The notes: a model not told the origin generated them from the letters alone. A stretch of 64,000 nt of DNA from an uncultured Gemmatimonadales bacterium (GCA_963742755.1 CAVUMU010000002.1:21430-85429); one strand, 5' to 3'; positions 9,703-18,371 are shown, counted from the stretch's first letter. Program-made: numbers and translations.

Positions 9703-9791
9703 CGAAGAACCTAATCTAGGGCAATGGCAACGTAGTTAGTAAGGCCTCCTATTCTACGGACGATCCGGGTTGCAGTTTCTTACTTCTGGCA

Positions 9792-10637
9792 TCACTTGTC
9801 GCCAAAAACCCGGTCCACCGACTCGATCTCGGCGCCCTGAAACCGGAAGTAGTCCCGCCAGAACCCGAGATGCTCGGGACTCTGCTTCGGCGCGTTGGAA
9901 CGAATCAGGTAGTAGATGAGGACCGAGACTCCCTGCAGGTCGCCACGGACCCGGGAGAAATAGGGCGTGTTCTTGAACCTTTCGAACGACGGGACGTCCT
10001 GATACATGCTGAGCCCATCGGGAACGTTTTGCATGAGGTCCGAGACGACCACCAGGTGCTTCGGCAGGCCGTCGTACTCCGCCTTTCCGAACGTCCTCAG
10101 CGCGGTGGCCTGGATAGCCTCGAAGATCGGCGATGTCGGGAGCCTGGGCGCGGTGATCTGACGGTCGATGTCGGACGTGAGCTTTTTGGCGAACGCTTGC
10201 CACTTCTTCCTCGCCAAGGCCGGGTTCTGATAGATCTGGCTCAGGTCGTCCCCGGCGCCGGGATTGCACATGTGAGTCACGTGTTCAGTGACGCGCCGGC
10301 CGAGCCGGTCCACCGTGTACACCTCCACCAGTCCGAAGCGGGGGATGCTGTCGCGGATGCGCGCCAGATGGTTCTGAATCTGAAGCCGTTGAGGCTCGGA
10401 AAACTGGTCGGACACGTCCAGCAGAATGACCACAATCTCGGAGGGCGGACGCTTCGTCGGGCAGAGGGTGACCTTGTCGGTGGGTACCGCACCCGACTCG
10501 CCCTTGACGAAAAGCGTAACGCCGGCGCCGAGCAGGGCCACCAGGAAAACCGCCAGCGCGGCTATCTGGGCTTTGACGCCGAATCGAGTGGACTCCTCCG
10601 GGGGCTGCGAGCTACCTGCGTAATCACGAAGCCGCAC
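9792..10637 (-). CDS. Hypothetical membrane-anchored protein with a vWA/Rossmann-like strand pattern
   Basis: GTG start with a 14-nt overlap onto the upstream gene. One N-terminal TM ('IAALAVFLVALLGAGVTLFV'). 'EIVVILLDVSDQFS' and 'HLVVVSDLMQN' resemble vWA beta1/MIDAS and beta4. I did not recognise a family. Confidence 0.5.
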   Translation of the reverse strand: MRLRDYAGSSQPPEESTRFGVKAQIAALAVFLVALLGAGVTLFVKGESGAVPTDKVTLCPTKRPPSEIVVILLDVSDQFSEPQRLQIQNHLARIRDSIPRFGLVEVYTVDRLGRRVTEHVTHMCNPGAGDDLSQIYQNPALARKKWQAFAKKLTSDIDRQITAPRLPTSPIFEAIQATALRTFGKAEYDGLPKHLVVVSDLMQNVPDGLSMYQDVPSFERFKNTPYFSRVRGDLQGVSVLIYYLIRSNAPKQSPEHLGFWRDYFRFQGAEIESVDRVFGDK

Positions 10638-12066
10638 GTTCGGGGCCCCCTAAGTTGGCGAGATGACCCACGGTCTGGTACTCAGGCACAGTCTGGGAAA
10701 ACTTTTCGTTGACCGCCTTGATATCCTCATCGATCCGGGTGATCACCTCCGGTCGCACGTCCGGCTCGAGTCCAGGCATCGACGACATCACCGGAGGGTC
10801 GACGAACGCGGGCCTGGTCGGTGGCTGCCGAAAATACTCCGGTACATCCCCCCGCCGGACCCTGCGATTGCCCTCGCGATAGCGCTGAATCAGCCGTTCA
10901 TGCACCACGGCCAGGTGCTCCAGATAGGCCCGGTAGTTGTGGTGCAACCGGGATCGGCCCTCGATTGCCACCTGCATGTCGTACTGGGTCTCGCGCATCA
11001 ACTCGATGGCGGCGGTCATGTCGTCCACCGTCTTGTCTCTGAGCTGCATGATCGCCGCGAGCGATTTGGCATTCTCATGGGCGTAGCGCTCGACCGCTCT
11101 CTGCCGCTCGCGCCCGATGGCGCCGTACCCGGGATACGGGTCACGCGAAGCGGCGGCGTCGATAACCGATAGGAGCCCCAGGGCCATCCCGAGGAGAACC
11201 AGGAGACCCGACTTCGCATCGCCCAGCAGCAGGGGCGCATTGGTCAGCCGATTCAGCAGCTCGGCCATCTGAACGACCCCGGCGCCCTCCACGAAAAGGT
11301 CACGAAAATGGCCGATGGCGAGGTTCAGCCCCGCCAGCCAGACGGCGAAGGCGATCGTCGCCAACCCGCCCAGAACCTTGCCCCAGGTCTGGCGGTGAAA
11401 CAGGAACGGCAGGCCGTACACGGCATAGAGCGCGGCGACGCCAACATTCAGCATCGAGAGGACCAGGGCCTGGGTGACGCCGCCGATGATCCCCGCCTCG
11501 CTCCCCTCGGCGAAGAACATTCCATTCAGGATCGATTCGAGTATGACGAACACGGCAAGGACCATGGCGGCAAAGGTCCGCTGCCCCCGCGAGATGTTTC
11601 TGGGGAGACGGTTGAGCCCGTGCCGATCCCTGAATTCCTGGAACTCCTGCTCCCGGTTTCCAGCCGCCTGGAGCAGGGTGTGCAGCGTGTTCTGGTCGTG
11701 AATGATCTCGGCCTTGAAGTCGGCCAGCGCATTTGCGCCGGCGGCCTCCAGCTGAACCCGCAGGTCCGGTGTGATGGCCGCCTTCCGGATGCGTCCCTCG
11801 TAGAAGTCCCGCTGGGAGAGGTAGTCCTCGTTGGCTTTCCGGGCGGCTTCTTCGACGATACCCAGTACGTCGAGCTCAGCAACGTCCGGACCAGTGGCAT
11901 CGGCGGCCGGCTGCCGAGCTCGGCCCGCTTTCTCGGCCCGTTCGTCGAGTCGGAGCATCCGCGCCACCTGTTCGACATTCAGTGGGGGAAAGGTTTGGCT
12001 GCTGGGCGGGACGCCGTCCGTCGCACCCATTGTCCTGGCAACGAGTTCTTTGACCGACTTTGCCAT
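10624..12066 (-). CDS. Hypothetical polytopic membrane protein flanked by coiled-coil regions
   Basis: ATG 12066. A charged helical N-terminal region of about 165 aa, about 4 hydrophobic helices (for example 'FAAMVLAVFVILESILNGMFF' and 'VLGGLATIAFAVWLAGLNLAIGHF'), a 'DPYPGYG' motif, then a helical C-terminal region of about 160 aa. Confidence 0.6.
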   Translation of the reverse strand: MAKSVKELVARTMGATDGVPPSSQTFPPLNVEQVARMLRLDERAEKAGRARQPAADATGPDVAELDVLGIVEEAARKANEDYLSQRDFYEGRIRKAAITPDLRVQLEAAGANALADFKAEIIHDQNTLHTLLQAAGNREQEFQEFRDRHGLNRLPRNISRGQRTFAAMVLAVFVILESILNGMFFAEGSEAGIIGGVTQALVLSMLNVGVAALYAVYGLPFLFHRQTWGKVLGGLATIAFAVWLAGLNLAIGHFRDLFVEGAGVVQMAELLNRLTNAPLLLGDAKSGLLVLLGMALGLLSVIDAAASRDPYPGYGAIGRERQRAVERYAHENAKSLAAIMQLRDKTVDDMTAAIELMRETQYDMQVAIEGRSRLHHNYRAYLEHLAVVHERLIQRYREGNRRVRRGDVPEYFRQPPTRPAFVDPPVMSSMPGLEPDVRPEVITRIDEDIKAVNEKFSQTVPEYQTVGHLANLGGPERAAS

Positions 12067-12217
12067 GAGGTCCCTGCTAAGCTTGCAGCCTTGGCGGTTC
12101 GACTGTCTGAGACAAGATGCAGCAAGTTTAGGCAGTTGGACTAGGGGACTCGGTGGCTGCGCTCACAGGGGTCGGACGGATGGACGGGCGGGCAGGGGGT
12201 CAGGGCGACAGCGTGGA

Positions 12218-13210
12218 TCAGACGAGAGCCCGGAATCGAGCCAGCTCTCTCAACGGGGAAGGGGAGGCTTTCTCTCTCGAACGAGGTGCCGGCCGTCCCC
12301 TCGTTGAGCTGCACCAGATCAGGGCAACCGCCCCGAGGACGGTGAGCCCGGCGGCAACGGTGCGCCAGGCGAATGGCTCGTCTCCCACCGCCCACGCCAG
12401 GGCCAGAGCAACGACGGGATTCACGAACCCGTAGGTCCCGACCGCGGCCGGTGTGGAGACCCGGAGTAGCCAGGTGTAAGCGCCGAAACCGAGTACGGTG
12501 CCGCATACGATCAGAAACGCCAGAGACAGAACTCCGCGCTCAGTCACCTGCTGCACACTCCAGCCTTGAGCCTCGCCGCTGGCCAGGCTCAGGGCGAGCA
12601 CGGCCGCGCCACCGGCTGCCAGCTGCATAGCGGTGGATTGGATGGCCGAGGCAGGTCGGGCGCCATCCCGCGCGATCACGGAGCCGATCGCCCAGGCCAG
12701 CCCGCTGCCGATCATCGCCAGCCGGTCGGTGACGGTTCCGGACCAGATCCCGTCGCCCGAGGCCAGCAGTGCCACCCCCGCCATTCCGAGAAGCAGCCCG
12801 GCAACCACCATTTGTGAAGGTGCTCGACGCTCCCGCGCCGACGTCAGCAGCACCAGCCAGAGCGGAATCGAGGTCATGAAGAGCGCGGCCTGCCCGGACG
12901 AGACCCGCTGCTCGGCCCAGGCCAGCACGCCGTGGCATCCGACGAACAGGAATGCGCCCGCGCCAGCCGAGGTCAGCCACTGGGCCCGAGTGGGCCGCTC
13001 GGGCTCACCGCGCCAGCACAACCAGAGGTAGAGCAGAGCCGCTCCGCCTCCGCAGCGAATCGCTATGGTCAGCAGCGGCGGCACTTCCGCCACCGAATAC
13101 CTGATGGCCAGGAAGGTCCCGCCCCAGAACAGGTAGATCGCCGCGAACGCCGCGGCGACGGCCAGCGGGGGCCCTGGCGGGTCAGTCCTGGTGGGTGCGT
13201 GCGGCGTCAA
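12218..13210 (-). CDS. EamA/DMT family transporter (start uncertain, TTG in track)
   Basis: Ten hydrophobic helices in two EamA-like halves. 'LFWGGTFLAIRY' is typical of this family. Confidence 0.8.
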   Translation of the reverse strand: MTPHAPTRTDPPGPPLAVAAAFAAIYLFWGGTFLAIRYSVAEVPPLLTIAIRCGGGAALLYLWLCWRGEPERPTRAQWLTSAGAGAFLFVGCHGVLAWAEQRVSSGQAALFMTSIPLWLVLLTSARERRAPSQMVVAGLLLGMAGVALLASGDGIWSGTVTDRLAMIGSGLAWAIGSVIARDGARPASAIQSTAMQLAAGGAAVLALSLASGEAQGWSVQQVTERGVLSLAFLIVCGTVLGFGAYTWLLRVSTPAAVGTYGFVNPVVALALAWAVGDEPFAWRTVAAGLTVLGAVALIWCSSTRGRPAPRSREKASPSPLRELARFRALV

Positions 13211-13505
13211 AGACCACCTCGTAGTGCGATACGTGATCGTCGCGCTCGACCAGGAAGCGCTCGTCTTCCGGATAGAAGACGGCCTTCTCGAGGTCGTCGC
13301 CCGCGAACCGTCGGATTGCCTCGGCGGAATCCCAGAGCGAGATCAGCAGAAACTCAGCGCGGTCTTTCACCACCCGGCGCAGACCCAGCACGCCCCGGTT
13401 TCCCGGCGTCTTCCGATACTCGGCCAGGCCGGTCTGGCGCAGGTACTCCAGATACGGCTCCGCGTCCTCGGCCTTGGTGGCGCCCCGCCAGCTCCGAGCA
13501 ATCAT
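13182..13505 (-). CDS. ABM (antibiotic biosynthesis monooxygenase-like) domain protein
   Basis: About 100-aa ferredoxin-like pattern: 'MIARSWRG...YLEYL...LISLWDSAEAIRRFAG'. Confidence 0.65.
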   Translation of the reverse strand: MIARSWRGATKAEDAEPYLEYLRQTGLAEYRKTPGNRGVLGLRRVVKDRAEFLLISLWDSAEAIRRFAGDDLEKAVFYPEDERFLVERDDHVSHYEVVFDAARTHQD

Positions 13506-13517
13506 GATAGGCTCCTT

Positions 13518-13592
13518 GCACCAGTATGATCACCTTTACTGGTGCTACGATACCTGCTAGATTCTCACCTGTCAAGGGCGTTATACTGGTGC
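13518..13592. promoter_or_regulatory. Operator-like motif set in a divergent promoter region (GCACCAGTA-N11-TACTGGTGC plus a third TACTGGTGC)
   Basis: 9-bp inverted repeat at 13518-13526 and 13538-13546, and a direct copy at 13584-13592. It lies between the ABM (-) and CGNR (+) genes. Confidence 0.45.
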
Positions 13593-13631
13593 AGACTAGG
13601 GCGGCAGGCGGACAGGCGAAGGGAGACTACC

Positions 13632-14273
13632 ATGGCGGCATCCTCTCAAGACTCGGTCTCACCCGGCGTCTCCTTCGAGTATATCGGGGGCGACCCGGCC
13701 ATCGACTTCGTGAATACGGTGGACTGGACCAGTCGCGGGCCGGAGCAGGAGCGGCTGACGGACTTCGATGGTGTGATCCGCTGGGCAGAGGGCGCGGGAG
13801 TCATCTCAGGCAAGGCGGCAGGCAGCCTGCGGGTCCGGGCTCGCGCCAAGCCCCGAGAGGCCGAGGCAGCGTATCGGAGTGCGCTGCGGGTGCGAGAGGC
13901 GCTGGAACGGCTCTTCCATGCGATGGCCGACGGCGAGCCGGCCGGCGATGCGCTGGCGGATTTCAATCGGGAGCTCGCCCGCGCCCTCGAACGCATGCGG
14001 GTAGAGCCTGCGGTCGGCCTGGGTCTACGGCTCGGCTGGGAAGAAGGGGGAGAGAACTTGGATTCCGTCGTCTGGCGGGTGATCTGGTCGGCTGCGTCGC
14101 TCGTCGTCTCCAAGGAGGCGTTCCGAATCCGGATCTGCGGCGGGCCGGACTGTGGCTGGATGTACGTCGACCGCAGCCGCAACGGGCTGCGACGCTGGTG
14201 CCAGATGGAAACCTGTGGGACGAGAGAGAAGTCTCGGAGACGGTACCGCCGGCAGCGCGAAGACCTCGCCTAG
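13632..14273 (+). CDS. CGNR zinc-finger / ABATE domain protein
   Basis: C-terminal 'CGGPDCGWMYVDRSRNGLRRWCQMETCGTREKSRRYRRQ' is the CGNR signature. ATG 13632 is preceded by gggaga. The listed ORF start at 13542 is an upstream extension. Confidence 0.85.
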   Translation: MAASSQDSVSPGVSFEYIGGDPAIDFVNTVDWTSRGPEQERLTDFDGVIRWAEGAGVISGKAAGSLRVRARAKPREAEAAYRSALRVREALERLFHAMADGEPAGDALADFNRELARALERMRVEPAVGLGLRLGWEEGGENLDSVVWRVIWSAASLVVSKEAFRIRICGGPDCGWMYVDRSRNGLRRWCQMETCGTREKSRRRYRRQREDLA

Positions 14274-14326
14274 ACCCTTCGTCGCTTTCTTCCTGAGGAT
14301 GACTTCAGGTTTGCTCCCGAGCCCTA

Positions 14327-14368
14327 TTGACACAAGGTCCACTATTACGTACGATATATCGTACGTAA
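14327..14368 (+). promoter_or_regulatory. Putative padR promoter (TTGACA-N17-TACGAT) overlapped by a perfect 24-bp palindrome (operator)
   Basis: TTGACA at 14327-14332. TTACGTACGATATATCGTACGTAA at 14345-14368 is perfectly self-complementary. This is an AT-rich island in a GC-rich genome. GGAGG at 14385-14389 precedes ATG 14396. Confidence 0.6.
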
Positions 14369-14395
14369 GCTCTCACGAAGTATCGGAGGCAATGA

Positions 14396-15001
14396 ATGTG
14401 TAACCCACGCGACGACTGGGGTTTCGGGCCCGGATTCCCGTTCGGGGGCAAAATGTGGGCAGGGGTCTTTAACAGCGCCGGCCGGGGGTCCCGTCGGCGC
14501 TCCCAGATGTTCGAGTCGGGCGAGGTCAAGTTCGTGATTCTCCGACTGCTCAAGGAGAAACCCCGCCACGGCTACGAGATCATCAAGGCGCTGGAGGAGA
14601 AAATGGCGGGCCACTACACCCCCTCGGCCGGCACCGTCTATCCCACGCTCCAGCTGTTGGAAGACGAGGGGTATGTGCGAGCGGTCGACACGGACGGCAA
14701 GAAGGTTTACCACGTGACGCCGGAGGGAGAGCGCTACCTGGAGGAGAACCGGGATCTGTTGGACGAGATTCTCGACCGGGTGCGTGAGACCGTGCGGGAC
14801 TTCACCGGTGGTGGCATCGGCGAGGTCCAGAGCTCCTTCGCGCATCTCGCTGCGGTCACCTTCAAGAAGGCCTGGCGGCGAGGCCCGGACGATCCGGCGC
14901 TGAAGCAAGTCGCCGAGATCCTGCGTAAGGCGGCGGGCGAGATCGAAGAGGCGTTGCAGGCAGGGCAGCAGCGGGGTGGGGAGGCGGCGGGGCAGGCCTA
15001 G
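14396..15001 (+). CDS. PadR family transcriptional regulator
   Basis: Winged-helix block 'ILRLLKEKPRHGYEIIKALEEKMAGHYTPSAGTVYPTLQLLEDEGYV'. Confidence 0.9.
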   Translation: MCNPRDDWGFGPGFPFGGKMWAGVFNSAGRGSRRRSQMFESGEVKFVILRLLKEKPRHGYEIIKALEEKMAGHYTPSAGTVYPTLQLLEDEGYVRAVDTDGKKVYHVTPEGERYLEENRDLLDEILDRVRETVRDFTGGGIGEVQSSFAHLAAVTFKKAWRRGPDDPALKQVAEILRKAAGEIEEALQAGQQRGGEAAGQA

Positions 15002-15025
15002 CACGTACAATTCGGAGGCACGACG

Positions 15026-15325
15026 ATGGGCTTCTTCGGATTTGTGTTCTGGATGGTAGTGATCTGGATGGTGATCCGGTTCTGGCATCGACGGGAGGGC
15101 AGGAGAATGGCTGGACCGCACGGCTACGCCCCCAACTCCGGCTGGTATGACTCCGGCCAGTTCTACAATAAGAGAGGCCGCGAGCTTCGGAAGGCGCAGC
15201 GAGACACCCCGGACGATCAGCAGCAATACATCGAGTCGCTCGAGAGCCGCGTGAGTCAGCTGGAGGAGAGGCTTGACTTCACCGAGCGGCTGCTGGCGGA
15301 GCGGAGGGAGCCGGTAGGCGGGTGA
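15026..15325 (+). CDS. Small membrane protein (one TM plus a C-terminal coiled coil), PadR-associated
   Basis: 'MGFFGFVFWMVVIWMVIRFW' TM and a heptad segment 'IESLESRVSQLEERLDFTERLL'. It starts 24 nt after padR. Confidence 0.6.
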   Translation: MGFFGFVFWMVVIWMVIRFWHRREGRRMAGPHGYAPNSGWYDSGQFYNKRGRELRKAQRDTPDDQQQYIESLESRVSQLEERLDFTERLLAERREPVGG

Positions 15326-15452
15326 GCGAGTAAGCGAGTAAGTGGGTAGGAATGTTGCGGCAAGACTGGTCAGTCATCCTGAGAACTGGTCCTTCGCTGC
15401 GCTCAGGATGACAGAGCCGTCTTACCCACTTACCGGCTTACCCGCTTACCGC
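15323..15452. repeat. Composite palindromic element: octamer arrays flanking REP-like hairpin copy 2
   Basis: Left arm gagcgagtaagcgagtaagtgggtag (15323-15348). Core hairpin gtcatcctgag...ctcaggatgac (15373-15412). Right arm cttaccca cttaccgg cttacccg cttaccgc (15421-15452), roughly complementary to the left arm. Both flanking genes terminate inside the arms. Confidence 0.75.
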
Positions 15453-16006
15453 GGCCACAGCCAGCCGAACGTCCCCGCAGTCACCAGCGCGTATACCAGG
15501 CCGTCCACCACGTTCTTCACCGTCACCTTCCATGGCCTTCCCATCCAGATCGATTCCGGGACCTGACCCGCTGCGTAAGCCAGGAATCCCACCGCTCCGA
15601 CCACGCGGAAGACCTCGAGATACGCCGTGCCCGGCGGGATCGAGTGGGCCCCCACGTAGGCGATGAAGAACGAGACGAAGAGAATGAATACGAACCACTG
15701 ACTCAGGTACTTGCCCATGTTGGGCGCCCCGGGGCGCATCAGGTTCATGACCGCAACCGGCCCCTCGGCGTACTTCTGCTTCATCTCCGGCTTTTCCATG
15801 TCCTTCATATCGCTGCAGTACGGGATCACGTACTGCGCCGGCGCTGGATTGCCCGCGCGAATGGCAGCCCGCACCGCGTCTTCGTTGGGGAGCGGCTTGT
15901 AGTCCGAGCTGTGATACTTGAGGACCATGTGGATGATGGCGCTGACGGCGAACACCAGTACGGCCGAGACCAGGATGGGGAGCCAGAGCGAACCGAGGCT
16001 GACCAT
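15446..16006 (-). CDS. Hypothetical integral membrane protein
   Basis: 4 hydrophobic helices and strong GC3 bias. I did not recognise a family. Confidence 0.65.
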   Translation of the reverse strand: MVSLGSLWLPILVSAVLVFAVSAIIHMVLKYHSSDYKPLPNEDAVRAAIRAGNPAPAQYVIPYCSDMKDMEKPEMKQKYAEGPVAVMNLMRPGAPNMGKYLSQWFVFILFVSFFIAYVGAHSIPPGTAYLEVFRVVGAVGFLAYAAGQVPESIWMGRPWKVTVKNVVDGLVYALVTAGTFGWLWPR

Positions 16007-16128
16007 GGTGCCTCCATGTGACTGGATGGGGGGGACGTCGCCCGCTAAGCTACCTCCGGATCTACCGGTGCGCGATAGGCAGGATGACAGCTATCCTTAC
16101 ACACCCCCTCTCGCCTCCCGGAAATTTC

Positions 16129-17298
16129 ATGAACGTCTCCATGCTCCTGCTGGGCATTGTGCTCGGAGCCGCCACCGGTGGCTTGATCGTTTGGCTCGTC
16201 TCCCTCACCCGCGCCGCCCGCGACACGTTTGCCTCGCTCTCGGCCGAGGCGCTGCGGCAGAACAACCAGTCCTTCCTGGCGCTGGCTCAGACCAAGCTGG
16301 GCGAATTTCAGCAGTCTGCCTCCTCGGACCTGGAGAAGCGTCAGAAGGCGGTGGACGACCTGGTTCGTCCCATCCATGAGGCGCTGAGTCGGGTGGACAG
16401 CAAGCTCCTCGAGGTGGAGAAGGATCGGGTCGCCAGCTACTCGGGTCTGCTGGAGCAGGTGAAATCGATGGCGCAGAGCCAGCTGGCTCTTCAGGCCGAG
16501 ACCGGGAACCTGGTCAAGGCGCTGCGGGCGCCGCAGGTGCGAGGCCGCTGGGGCGAGATCCAGCTCCGCCGGGTCGTCGAGATGGCCGGCATGCTCGCCT
16601 ACTGTGACTTCGTGGAGCAAGTCAGGGTCGAAAGCGAGGACGGCCGGATGCAGCCCGACCTGATCATCCGGCTACCGGGCGACAAGACCATCGTGGTGGA
16701 CGCCAAGACGCCGCTGGCCGCCTACCTCGATGCCTCGGACGACAGGTGCGAGGATGGCGCCCGCGAGCTCCTGCTGAAGAAGCACGCCCGTCAGGTCCGC
16801 GACCACATGGTAAAGCTGGGCGGGAAGGCGTACTGGAATCAGTTCCAGCCGGCGCCCGACTTCGTGGTAATGTTCCTCCCGGGTGAGACCTTCTTCAGCG
16901 CTGCCTGCCAGCACGACCCCTCGCTCATCGAGTTCGGCGTGGGGGAGCAGGTGATCCCGTCCAGTCCGACCACCCTGATCGCCCTGCTCCGGGCCATCGC
17001 CTATGGATGGCGGCAGGAGTGCATCGCGCGGAACGCGCAGGAGATCAGCAAGCTGGGCCGAGAGCTGTACGAGCGGCTGGGCAACATGGGAGAGCATTTC
17101 GAGAACATGCGTAAGGGGCTGGTGCGGGCGGTGGAGAGCTACAACGATGCGATCGGCTCGCTGGAGGGACGGGTGCTGGTGTCAGCCCGCCGGTTCCGGG
17201 ACCTGGGGATAACGGGCGAGGAGCTACCGGAAGCGGAGACGGTGCAGCTGGGATCGAGGAGGCTTAATTCACCAGAGTTGACCAATTTGTCATCCTGA
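16129..17298 (+). CDS. rmuC: DNA recombination protein RmuC
   Basis: N-terminal TM 'MNVSMLLLGIVLGAATGGLIVWLV', a coiled coil, and a C-terminal RmuC block 'RGRWGEIQLRRVVEMAGM...PDLIIRLPGDKTIVVDAKTPL...DFVVMFLPGE'. The ATG at 16129 is chosen over the upstream TTG at 16018. Confidence 0.9.
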   Translation: MNVSMLLLGIVLGAATGGLIVWLVSLTRAARDTFASLSAEALRQNNQSFLALAQTKLGEFQQSASSDLEKRQKAVDDLVRPIHEALSRVDSKLLEVEKDRVASYSGLLEQVKSMAQSQLALQAETGNLVKALRAPQVRGRWGEIQLRRVVEMAGMLAYCDFVEQVRVESEDGRMQPDLIIRLPGDKTIVVDAKTPLAAYLDASDDRCEDGARELLLKKHARQVRDHMVKLGGKAYWNQFQPAPDFVVMFLPGETFFSAACQHDPSLIEFGVGEQVIPSSPTTLIALLRAIAYGWRQECIARNAQEISKLGRELYERLGNMGEHFENMRKGLVRAVESYNDAIGSLEGRVLVSARRFRDLGITGEELPEAETVQLGSRRLNSPELTNLSS

Positions 17299-17358
17299 GC
17301 GAAGCGGAAGGAGCCGTAACCACGAGGTGCTTCGGTCTCCTGCTTCGCTCGGGGTGAC
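17289..17358. repeat. REP-like palindromic element, copy 3
   Basis: gtcatcctgagcgaagcggaaggag ... ctcctgcttcgctcggggtgac. The rmuC stop (TGA 17296-17298) lies inside the left arm. The convergent gene stops at 17364. Confidence 0.8.
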
Positions 17359-17363
17359 CCATA

Positions 17364-18371
17364 TCAGGAGGCCGGCGGTGCGTTCGCTCCCGTGATTTGG
17401 GCCCGACCGATCGTATTGTTGTCGCTACCGAACCAGATCTGTCCGCTGCGTTTGTCGAACATCATGTGCCGTACGGTTCCGCCACCGCTTGGAATGGGGG
17501 TGATGCCAAAGAATCGCCCGGTCTTCGGGTCGAACCCCACGAGGCGGTTGGGTTGCGAGCCGGTCTCCACTACCCAGAGCCGGTCGCGGTTGTCCACTTC
17601 CATCGCGTAGGGCAGGGCGCCGGTGCCACCCGGCATTGCCCACTCCTTGAATTGATTGGCGGCGGGGTCGAAGCAACCCAGATACCCGCGGCTGTAGTCC
17701 ACGTACCAGATCCGGTCGTCGGACGTGATCGCCAGCCGGCGGGTGCGGCTCCGGTCGCTCGGCAGCGCATGCTCGTGGATCTTCAAGGTCGCCGGATCGA
17801 CCATGGCGATCTTCTCGTTGCCGAACTGGTTGAACCAGGGCCGGCCCTTGGAGTCGACCTTGATTCCGTACGGCCGCGCGTTCGGCGAGGCCACCTCGAT
17901 CAGGTCGATCCTGCCGGTTGCGGTGCGGAGCCGCCCGACGAAGTTCGAGTTCTGGGCTGTGAACCAGATGTCGCCCTTGCCGTCGAAGACCAGGGTGTGC
18001 GGATCACGGACTCCGGGGTTGGGCATGGGATACCGGGTGACCTTGCCCGTCGCTGGATCCAGCTTGCCGATGTGGCCGTTGCCGTTGCCGGCGTACCAGA
18101 CCATGTCCTTCTGGTCGACGATGAGGTTGTGGGGCAGCGCGCCGTCCTCGATCGCGTAACGGCGAAACTTGCCGGTGGCGGGGTCGAGGTACGCGAGGTA
18201 GTTGCCCACCTGTCCCACGAACCAGACCCGGTTCTGGCTGTCGACATACGGGTCGCGTGGACGGGAGTCGGGGTAGGGGACGGGCCATTCTTTTATGGGG
18301 ACCTGGGCGGAGAGCTGAGCTACGCTCGCCGCCAGGGTAAGGGCCGAAAGGCCAACAGCGACTGCGCTCAT
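17364..18371 (-). CDS. Secreted beta-propeller protein, virginiamycin B lyase (Vgb)-like repeats
   Basis: Signal peptide 'MSAVAVGLSALTLAASVAQLSAQ'. Repeated '...G.IW(F/Y)...N.IG.(L/F)DP.TG...' blades. Confidence 0.7.
   Translation of the reverse strand: MSAVAVGLSALTLAASVAQLSAQVPIKEWPVPYPDSRPRDPYVDSQNRVWFVGQVGNYLAYLDPATGKFRRYAIEDGALPHNLIVDQKDMVWYAGNGNGHIGKLDPATGKVTRYPMPNPGVRDPHTLVFDGKGDIWFTAQNSNFVGRLRTATGRIDLIEVASPNARPYGIKVDSKGRPWFNQFGNEKIAMVDPATLKIHEHALPSDRSRTRRLAITSDDRIWYVDYSRGYLGCFDPAANQFKEWAMPGGTGALPYAMEVDNRDRLWVVETGSQPNRLVGFDPKTGRFFGITPIPSGGGTVRHMMFDKRSGQIWFGSDNNTIGRAQITGANAPPAS

Noticed and set aside
12067-12217. Possible tRNA or small RNA in the longer intergenic gaps (12067-12217, 33548-33861, 54302-55002).
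   Set aside because: I found no T-loop-like GTTCRANYC box and no cloverleaf-compatible acceptor or anticodon stems by eye. An Infernal or tRNAscan run would be needed to be certain.
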